10,958 bases of DNA. It comes from Promethearchaeota archaeon. Lineage in GTDB: Archaea > Asgardarchaeota > Hermodarchaeia > Hermodarchaeales > Hermodarchaeaceae. Under the pieces are notes generated by a model. The model made no database searches. It saw only the letters and a list, made by a program, of their open reading frames with translations, and was not told the origin of the DNA. Below are positions 1-6,796 of the stretch, one piece after another. Position 1 is the stretch's first letter. Each line of letters opens with the position of its first letter. The translations under genes and the position numbers were made by a program. The DNA lies in contig JBHLPR010000073.1 of assembly GCA_048939245.1 (NCBI GenBank), positions 1 through 10,958 of the forward strand, in the 5' to 3' direction.

Positions 1-241
1 CGCCTTCCAAAACGCTGATACCTTCGAAGAAATCTGTGCAATTATTAACGACCACAAAGCTGCTCGTATTAATTTCTGCACCTTGGAAATGAACGGACAG
101 GCATGTGCAGAGAAAATCAAGGACGCAACTGGTGCGGATATTCGTGGCGTTAAATTGGGGGAAGAAGAGAAACCGTGGGGTCCCTGTCCGATCTGCGGAG
201 AACCAGCAACTGTCGTCGCCTATGTTGGAAGACAATACTAA
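1..241 (+). CDS. proS: Prolyl-tRNA synthetase, archaeal/eukaryotic type, C-terminal Zn-binding domain (5'-truncated by window edge)
   Basis: Hand translation of frame +2 (2..241): AFQNADTFEEICAIINDHKAARINFCTLEMNGQACAEKIKDATGADIRGVKLGEEEKPWGPCPICGEPATVVAYVGRQY*. Matches the ProRS-C pattern C...CxEKIKxxTGAxIRG...CxxCGxPA...Y-stop, including the conserved terminal Tyr. Confidence 0.92.
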   Translation, partial: AFQNADTFEEICAIINDHKAARINFCTLEMNGQACAEKIKDATGADIRGVKLGEEEKPWGPCPICGEPATVVAYVGRQY

Positions 242-273
242 TCTGTATGACTTACTAAAGACAATGATAGGCT

Positions 274-681
274 TCAGTTCAGTGGGTTCTGTTCCAACCA
301 GCGTCGAACAATCGGATATTTCCCAGGAAAATTACGATCAATGTAAATGAACACTACATAAAGCAGATCTCGGTCAAATTCGGGTCCAAAGGCAATATCT
401 TGATGCCCATCATCACCATAAAAGAAGATGTTCTCGCTAGGTTTCACAGTGATGCTAGCCTCGCTCCCATCAACGTAGTAATCCCAACGAATGAATAATT
501 TAGTGAAAAAGTCGGGGTCCAGTGGACGGTTTATCGTGATATTGGCATAGCCTGAAGCGGTTATCTCAATTTCCAAGTCATCTAGAAAAATAGTGTCCCC
601 TTGAATTAGAGGTTCCACTCCTGCCAAGAGTGAGATTAAAGCCTCTTTGCATGATTGTTTAGCTGCTTGATTAGTAGACAA
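274..681 (-). CDS. Hypothetical protein, 135 aa
   Basis: ORF with a TTG start filling the space between proS and the next gene; protein-like acidic/aromatic composition; AT-rich upstream region. No recognised motif. Confidence 0.7.
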   Translation of the reverse strand: MSTNQAAKQSCKEALISLLAGVEPLIQGDTIFLDDLEIEITASGYANITINRPLDPDFFTKLFIRWDYYVDGSEASITVKPSENIFFYGDDGHQDIAFGPEFDRDLLYVVFIYIDRNFPGKYPIVRRWLEQNPLN

Positions 682-780
682 GCCCGATATCCCATTTGAC
701 CATTACAACAATCGTTTTTTACTATTCCGTTTCACATCATAGCACATATAACAGATTATAAGAAGACGAAAGAAATTAAG

Positions 781-1269
781 TTAAGGGTTTAAGTCGGCAC
801 CTCTCGCTTCAAGCAAATCGTAGACAAGCCCACTTGTAATTTGTATAATATCCTGGCATTTAGTTTCCCAAAGTTTCTCTCGTCGATATCTTTGTAGACC
901 TTCCTTACACGAAATATCTATTCCTAGCAGGTCCTTACACCGGATGTGTCCGAACCGACTGATAAACAAGTTCATCATTATTTGGCTAAATTCATAAGGG
1001 GTTTGGCTGTCTGGGGTCTCTGATGGATGGGATCGCCCAAATTGGAGACCAAGGCCCATGATTGCTCCTGATAGTGCACCACATATTTCTCCGTGTCGAC
1101 CTATTCCACCACCAAATCCCGTGGCAATTCGAGGAATGATATCACTTTCAATCTTCAAGGTTTTGCTTACAGCTAGTAACACAGACTCGGAACAAAGAAA
1201 GCCTTCTACCGCATATGCCTTCGCCTGATTCATAATTCCCACTTTTGACGCCAAAACTGTAACCTTCAT
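781..1269 (-). CDS. C-GCAxxG-C-C family putative redox-active protein
   Basis: Four family cysteines in context: FLCSESV, GFGGGIGRHGEICGALSGA, FGHIRCKDLLG, KCQDII. The true start could be the downstream Met (MNQAK). Confidence 0.9.
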   Translation of the reverse strand: MKVTVLASKVGIMNQAKAYAVEGFLCSESVLLAVSKTLKIESDIIPRIATGFGGGIGRHGEICGALSGAIMGLGLQFGRSHPSETPDSQTPYEFSQIMMNLFISRFGHIRCKDLLGIDISCKEGLQRYRREKLWETKCQDIIQITSGLVYDLLEARGADLNP

Positions 1270-1293
1270 ATTTCAGAGTTGGTGAGTGCTCAA

Positions 1294-3327
1294 CTAGTTT
1301 GTGGTATCTTTCTGAGAACGTTCTGGTTCTACTTCTGAGCTCTCGTCTGTCGTTGGGGGTGGATCTTTGCGATTGTGCCACAGTATTATCCCTAGAAGCG
1401 CAAGGCAGATTGGAAGAGCTATTAGTTGGAGGAAAGAATTCAGGAACGAAACAATCACCAAAGTGATTGCTGATCCCGCAATGAACCCAACAGCAATGAC
1501 TTGGCCTTTTTTGGCAAACCATTCTTTTCCAAATCTACTATCCGTATAAAGGCGAATGAATCCGCCAATCGAGAAAGGGATAAAATATGACGGGGGAAGG
1601 AAGATGGCCAGGGCAACACCTAGAGAGGATATGGGGAAAGCCACAGCGAGTAATCCCACTAGAATGCCAGCTGCAAAGAAGGCGACTATGTTGAAACCGG
1701 TTGCTAAGGCATTCAGGGCAAATAGGGAGACGATGGCATATCCCTGTAAAACGCCTACGGCGGGAAAGATTTCGTTAGGAAATCCGATTAGGTACCAAGC
1801 AGTAAGCACAAAGACAACACTGATGATGGTGCCTGGAAAGATCTTAATCAGTTGGGCAATCAGGATGGATCGGCGCGGGGTCTCGGTCATCTCGCCGATT
1901 TTTATATTCCCGAGAGTGTCAGTAGTGGTAAATGGGTTGATAGAAGGATAGGCGAGAAACGCTGTATAGCCTTGTAAGCCGATCACAGTGAGTGGAATTT
2001 CGTAAAAGGCTAGTCGTTGTACTCCCATTCCAATGCCGGCTTCACCTACAAATTTGACTAGAACAAAGGTATCAATGAGAGCGATTGGTAACAACAGGAT
2101 GATTCCGATAATGATGCTAATCCAAATGGGAAATGCTGAGAAGACATTGAGGGCAATGATAATGATGATGAAGATAGCCACCATCACTAGATACGCCAGA
2201 CCGAGTCGGCGGTTATGAATTAATCCAAGAAAATAGGTTTTGACATACGTGCCAAATCCTACAGTTCCTTCTTCGTTAGTGGGATTTTGTTGAGTAGTTA
2301 CCCCTCGTGATTTGTTTCCTTTCCGTATTTTGGAAATGGCGAAGACGACAATTCCACTTAAGAGCATTATTCCCAGTGCTGGGGCAAGCATGTATTCGAA
2401 AAGGAGGTTGAAGTAAAGGTCCATTCCGGTGAAAGCGGGGGTGACCAACCCTATTGAAACCAGAATTGGTGAGATTACAAGATATGTGATGATTCCTGCA
2501 AAGAGCATGGTAATGGAAACCTTGGGGTCGATAATGTAGGAAATTGCCATGAGGCTGATATTAAGCATAAATCCAAGGCCAAATCCAGGTAAAAGAAAGG
2601 GTGTAAAGTCCCAGCTAAGACTGGTTAATCCAATGGGCATGACTAAGACGTTGATGAAGTATTGCAAAACGGTGACAAAGATGCCGATGCCTAGCCAACG
2701 AAACATAAACCGGCTCTGTTGGCCCGTTTCCATACAGGTGTTAATTGTCACCCCACTCGCGGTGTAGAAAGGAAATTTAGTTTGTTTGCGAGATTGTACG
2801 TAATCAGTTACGGCTAATGCCCCGAGGAAACCGAGAATTGTGCCCAGCCATACAAATCCAATATGAAAGATAATCGGGGGAATCCATCGAGGATCAAAGG
2901 GACTTCCAGATAAGAGCACTTCCTGGGGTGGAACTAGCCACCAGGGTAACGTGTATGGAGTATAGGCTTGGACATATATCGAGATGGTTAGGATATAGTA
3001 CACCACAAAACCCGTTGACGCGATCATGGTTGTGGCGATTTCTTGGCGGTTGGATCCTCCCCGGGCAATATGAAACAGTGTATAGGCTGTGAGAACCGTG
3101 ATGATGCCAAATCCAAGGCCAAACCCGAAGTTCATACCCAAGTAGGCATTGATGGTTGTGTAGATTACATTGAGGATAAGGGCTAACGCAATTCCCCGGA
3201 AAGTAATACTCCGCGTTGACGGAGTATCAGGTGATTCCGCAGGTGGTGTACACTCATCTTCGGTTAATGACTCGGGAATGTTTCTGTCTTGCCCTGCGTC
3301 ATCACTTGGATGCTCCGGGTTTTTCAC
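1294..3327 (-). CDS. OPT/YSL-family oligopeptide transporter (divergent)
   Basis: 677 aa polytopic membrane protein. N-terminal ITFRGIALALILNVIYTTINAYLGMNFG resembles the first OPT helix motif; NIKIGEMTETPRRSILIAQLI, GVALAIFLPPSYFIPFSIGGFIR and VIAVGFIAGSAI resemble C-terminal OPT motifs. GAGGCG lies shortly before the GTG start. Confidence 0.8.
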   Translation of the reverse strand: MKNPEHPSDDAGQDRNIPESLTEDECTPPAESPDTPSTRSITFRGIALALILNVIYTTINAYLGMNFGFGLGFGIITVLTAYTLFHIARGGSNRQEIATTMIASTGFVVYYILTISIYVQAYTPYTLPWWLVPPQEVLLSGSPFDPRWIPPIIFHIGFVWLGTILGFLGALAVTDYVQSRKQTKFPFYTASGVTINTCMETGQQSRFMFRWLGIGIFVTVLQYFINVLVMPIGLTSLSWDFTPFLLPGFGLGFMLNISLMAISYIIDPKVSITMLFAGIITYLVISPILVSIGLVTPAFTGMDLYFNLLFEYMLAPALGIMLLSGIVVFAISKIRKGNKSRGVTTQQNPTNEEGTVGFGTYVKTYFLGLIHNRRLGLAYLVMVAIFIIIIIALNVFSAFPIWISIIIGIILLLPIALIDTFVLVKFVGEAGIGMGVQRLAFYEIPLTVIGLQGYTAFLAYPSINPFTTTDTLGNIKIGEMTETPRRSILIAQLIKIFPGTIISVVFVLTAWYLIGFPNEIFPAVGVLQGYAIVSLFALNALATGFNIVAFFAAGILVGLLAVAFPISSLGVALAIFLPPSYFIPFSIGGFIRLYTDSRFGKEWFAKKGQVIAVGFIAGSAITLVIVSFLNSFLQLIALPICLALLGIILWHNRKDPPPTTDESSEVEPERSQKDTTN

Positions 3328-3442
3328 ATGTAGCGCCTCAAGTATTTAATCAGTAGTTCCGTGGTTTGTGATTTCGCACTTTGCGTGTCTTGTAGTACAT
3401 ATTGCTTTTGAAGATGCAATAAAATCGCATATTTCATCACCA

Positions 3443-3461
3443 TGACCACTAGGTGTGGTCA
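3443..3461. promoter_or_regulatory. Inverted repeat TGACCAC-N5-GTGGTCA, candidate transcription-factor operator
   Basis: Perfect 7-bp arms in the divergent intergenic region between the OPT and acyl-CoA dehydrogenase genes. The repeat is seen directly; its function is inferred. Confidence 0.5.
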
Positions 3462-3574
3462 GTCCACTAATGCTATCTGTGAAAAACTGCTCAAATCAGT
3501 GGGCACTCACTGAACAAATCTTGTTAACTGGCAAGACAGTTCCACTCAAATACTACAATCTCCTTGGAGAGCGT

Positions 3575-3580
3575 GAGGTG
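3575..3580 (+). promoter_or_regulatory. Shine-Dalgarno GAGGTG for acyl-CoA dehydrogenase
   Basis: GAGGTG 9 nt before the ATG at 3590, complementary to the archaeal 16S rRNA 3' end. Confidence 0.75.
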
Positions 3581-3589
3581 CAACTAAAA

Positions 3590-4765
3590 ATGATTGATTT
3601 TCAACCTAGCGACGATCAAATAGCATTGCAAACCAAGGCTCGTGAGTTTGCTTTGAAGGAAGTTCTTCCAGTCGCTTTGCAATATGATCAAACGGGAGAG
3701 TTTCCACGCGAGGTTATCGCAAAGGCTCATAGCGCAGGGTTCATGAATCTCGGCATCCCCACGGAATATGGTGGCGCTGGTTATGGATCCTTTGACTCGG
3801 TCTTGGTCGTTGAGGAATTTGCAGCTGCTTGTGCTGGAATGACGACATCAATTTATGTGAACGATCTCGGATTGACGCCCATCGTCCTGGGTGGAAATGA
3901 AGCACAAAAAAAGGAATGGCTCCCTCCATTTACGAAGGAGCTTCGGTTCGCTTCATTTGCCACGAGTGAACCGGGAATGGGCTCTGATGTAGCTGGGATT
4001 CAAACTAGCTACGAACGCAAAGGCGATATCTTCCTTCTTAACGGTAATAAATTCTGGATTACCAACGGTAATCAAGCGGATCTTTTTGTAATTTTTGCTC
4101 GGCAAAAGGGAACACAACGTCATCAGGGGTTATCCGCGTTTATTGTGCCTGCTGATACGAAGGGACTTTCCACTGGGAAACCCTTGAAGAAGCTGGGTCA
4201 TCGGGCTTCAGATACGGCTGCTGTGATTCTGCGGGATGCGGAGGTTCCCGCGGGGAATCTTTTAGGTAGTGAAGGCATGGGCTTTCTCTTGGCAATGATG
4301 ACTTTTGTGAAAACCCGTCCCGCGATTGGGGCAATGGCTACCGGGCTTGCCCGTTCTGCGATGGAATATGCTATTAATTACGCTAAACAACGTGAGGCGT
4401 TCGAAAAGAAGATTAGTAGTTTCCAGGCCATCCAGGATATGGTGGCAGATATGTATGCACGCATTGAAGCCATTCGTCTTCTCACTTGGAAGGCGGCATG
4501 GATGGTTGATCAAAAAACTGATGGCAATATCACAAATGTAGCCTCCAGCTGCGCGAAACTCATTGGTGCTGAGGATGCCATGAAGATCGTTACTGATGCT
4601 CTCCAAATCTACGGTGGTAAAGGATACTTGGAACAATATCCAATCCAGAAACTATTCCGTGATGCTAAGCTCTATCAAATCTATGAGGGCACCAGCCAAA
4701 TCCAACGATATGTGATTTCTCGATACTTGTTTAAAGAGTACGAACCAATTCTGAAGAATTTCTAA
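3590..4765 (+). CDS. Acyl-CoA dehydrogenase (SCAD/MCAD-like), 391 aa; start revised from 3455
   Basis: Typical N-terminus MIDFQPSDDQ; motifs IPTEYGGAG, FATSEPGMGSD, LNGNKFWITNG, YAKQREAF, ALQIYGGKGY and RDAKLYQIYEGTSQIQR, the last carrying the catalytic Glu at the MCAD position. The SD supports the 3590 start. Confidence 0.95.
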   Translation: MIDFQPSDDQIALQTKAREFALKEVLPVALQYDQTGEFPREVIAKAHSAGFMNLGIPTEYGGAGYGSFDSVLVVEEFAAACAGMTTSIYVNDLGLTPIVLGGNEAQKKEWLPPFTKELRFASFATSEPGMGSDVAGIQTSYERKGDIFLLNGNKFWITNGNQADLFVIFARQKGTQRHQGLSAFIVPADTKGLSTGKPLKKLGHRASDTAAVILRDAEVPAGNLLGSEGMGFLLAMMTFVKTRPAIGAMATGLARSAMEYAINYAKQREAFEKKISSFQAIQDMVADMYARIEAIRLLTWKAAWMVDQKTDGNITNVASSCAKLIGAEDAMKIVTDALQIYGGKGYLEQYPIQKLFRDAKLYQIYEGTSQIQRYVISRYLFKEYEPILKNF

Positions 4766-4782
4766 ATAGCGAAGTTAAAAGA

Positions 4783-5445
4783 TCACGATCGATATTTGAT
4801 GATTAACGAAATTATGGCATGCGCAATTTCATTGGTGAGATCACCGATTCGTCCCAGAAGCTTCACGACATCATGCAGTACTACAAAGCTCGAAGCTTTC
4901 ATCTTGAACTCCATGAGAAGCTTAAGCGTTTCAAATTCGGCTTCTCGGTTTTTATTTCGAATTGGTCGCACCTTTTGTGCTTCTTCGAGGGCTGCATCAA
5001 AATCTGAACCCAAGAACTGAATGCTCTTAAAGACAGCTTCAGTTGCTTCAAGACAATAGCGACCCATCTTACAGAGCTTTTCCTTGATTTCCAGTTCTAT
5101 CGGTTCAACAATAAGACGAAGTTTTCGAACGACAATTTCGCTGCGATCTGCAATACTATCCATTTTTTCAACAAGTGAGTATCGTTCGCTACTTGTCACT
5201 GGAAGCGCAGTCCCTCGAAGTTTTTCATCAATTCGCTCTTCCGAACGATCAGCAGCGGATTCTAGCTCTATCACACGGTCTGCGAGCTCATTTTCTTCAT
5301 CAATGAGTCGGTTTTTCGGTTTTTTCTTCAAAATGACTTCGAGATACTGACTCAGTGCTGTAACTGTATCTAAAACAATCTGGGTGTGTTCGGTGATGAA
5401 CTGGCTAATGGCTTTTTCCTCTTTCTTTCTCCACAAGCTAGACAC
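4783..5445 (-). CDS. DUF47 / PhoU-like phosphate transport regulator
   Basis: Helical, about 220 aa, with LESAADR, LP...ERYSLVEKMDSIADRSE and a second degenerate repeat; adjacent to a PiT gene. Possible alternative TTG start at 5436. Confidence 0.88.
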   Translation of the reverse strand: MSSLWRKKEEKAISQFITEHTQIVLDTVTALSQYLEVILKKKPKNRLIDEENELADRVIELESAADRSEERIDEKLRGTALPVTSSERYSLVEKMDSIADRSEIVVRKLRLIVEPIELEIKEKLCKMGRYCLEATEAVFKSIQFLGSDFDAALEEAQKVRPIRNKNREAEFETLKLLMEFKMKASSFVVLHDVVKLLGRIGDLTNEIAHAIISLIIKYRS

Positions 5446-5524
5446 CTGACCACAGAGTGATTAGCGGCTCTAACCTAAAATGCTTTGCTTGTAATAATTA
5501 ATTGTCTTACGAAACGCAACTTAG

Positions 5525-6541
5525 CTAAATAGCTCCAAAGACGAGGAAGAATGGTCTAATCGCGATATAAAGCCAAAACAATCCGATAGCTAATAGTGCA
5601 GAGAGCGGAACGGTGAGAAATGAAGCGATTATGATTTTGTTTAATCCTTGGCCTCTCACCGGGTTGCGATTGGCTATCCCAACACCAACTACGGCTGCTA
5701 CAAGAACATGGGTTCCTGAAAGTGGAATTCCCCAAATGGTTCCAACGAGAAGCACAGTTGCTACTGCTGCTTCTGCTGAAAAACTTGTGCTGGGGCGGAG
5801 TTCGGTTACTTCCATCCCAACTGTAGCAACAACTCGTCGACCAATCAGGAACAATCCGATGGCCATGCCGCAGCCTCCAAGAAGGAGAAACCATGACCAA
5901 AACGTTTGGTCTGGAAAAATCATGGTAAGAATGCCGACGGCTTTGGAGACATCGTTTCCTCCTCGGCTCAAAGCAGTGATTACGACCATAGCGAGTAAGA
6001 ACCAGCCAAAAATCTTCTCTAATCGTTCAATAGTATCAAGGCTCTTTGCTCTCGGCAGTATGGCTTTTTTAACTACCATTTGAATCAGAAAAGCGATAAG
6101 CAATCCAAAAATCGGACTAAGAATCCACCCTATTACAATTTCGGACATAGTGGCCCAATTGATTAACGGGCCGCTAGTGAAGAGCTCAATGAGTAACCCT
6201 ATACCCAGTACGCAACCAACAATGGAGTGGGTTGTTGAAATCGGATAGCCACGAAGTGAAGCAACTAATAACCAGATTGTCATCGCAATAGCAAGGATTA
6301 GCACGATATCAAAAGACAGGGGCGTCAAGACCATGTCTTGTCCAATAGTCTCCGATACTCCGGCACCAAGTAATTGTGCACCGATGATTTGGAGGCACAT
6401 TCCGATAAAAATCGCTGTATTTAATTTGAGAACCTTTCCGCCTACCACACTTGCCATTGTTTCGTCATTTGCCCCGATTGCGATTGCTACAATAAACACC
6501 AGAATAAAGAGGAGCACAATCCAAACGATGGGTGAAATCAT
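5525..6541 (-). CDS. Inorganic phosphate transporter, PiT family (start probably 6541; ORF track gives 6610)
   Basis: Motifs IGAND, GYPISTTHSIVG, GGNDVSKAVG, GRRVVATVG and GIPLSGTH in the two-repeat PHO4 layout. The first hydrophobic helix begins right after the Met at 6541. Confidence 0.92.
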   Translation of the reverse strand: MISPIVWIVLLFILVFIVAIAIGANDETMASVVGGKVLKLNTAIFIGMCLQIIGAQLLGAGVSETIGQDMVLTPLSFDIVLILAIAMTIWLLVASLRGYPISTTHSIVGCVLGIGLLIELFTSGPLINWATMSEIVIGWILSPIFGLLIAFLIQMVVKKAILPRAKSLDTIERLEKIFGWFLLAMVVITALSRGGNDVSKAVGILTMIFPDQTFWSWFLLLGGCGMAIGLFLIGRRVVATVGMEVTELRPSTSFSAEAAVATVLLVGTIWGIPLSGTHVLVAAVVGVGIANRNPVRGQGLNKIIIASFLTVPLSALLAIGLFWLYIAIRPFFLVFGAI

Positions 6542-6558
6542 GGGGGAAATACTTCCTT

Positions 6559-6571
6559 TATCAACTTGATA
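6559..6571. promoter_or_regulatory. Palindrome TATCAA-C-TTGATA upstream of the PiT start, candidate operator
   Basis: Perfect 6-bp arms 17 nt before the ATG at 6541 and downstream of an AT-rich TATA-like stretch (6584-6600, minus strand). Confidence 0.4.
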
Positions 6572-6796
6572 GCCACTAGTCACAATAAACTCTATATTTT
6601 CTTTAGACATTCGCGTTCGGAATCTAATTAAAGAAGTTTTCGACCTATCTAAAGCAAATCCTAGCGAATTGCTATACTACATAGACCAATTTCAAGCTAC
6701 GACGAAGTCCTCATAAAAGATAGGCTAGCTCTAATTCTACCTCTCGTCTAGCTGAAGTGGTTTCAAGTCGAATTAAGGACAATAATCTGGTTCTGT

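Noticed and set aside
105-350. 81-aa plus-strand ORF
   Set aside because: Out-of-frame overlap with the clearly recognisable proS 3' end, and it also overlaps the opposite-strand ORF.
781-1269. Possible selenoprotein variant of the C-GCAxxG-C-C family
   Set aside because: All motif positions are Cys and the ORF has no in-frame TGA.
1148-2767. Short ORFs overlapping the OPT gene (1148-1522, 1367-1549, 1556-1951, 2033-2218, 2549-2767)
   Set aside because: Alternate-frame or antisense shadows of a hydrophobic gene, with no motifs.
3455-3589. 45-aa N-terminal extension of the acyl-CoA dehydrogenase
   Set aside because: No family similarity, a strong SD precedes the ATG at 3590, and the GTG lies within a palindrome.
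6573-6716. Plus-strand open frame of about 47 codons (..RNLIKEVFDLSKANPSELLYYIDQF..) between PiT and the Sec23/24-like gene
   Set aside because: No ATG or GTG start, only a late TTG, and short enough to arise by chance.
6611-6796. Possible riboswitch or ncRNA upstream of PiT
   Set aside because: Only weak 4-5 bp stems and no recognisable consensus. An Rfam search would be needed to exclude it fully.
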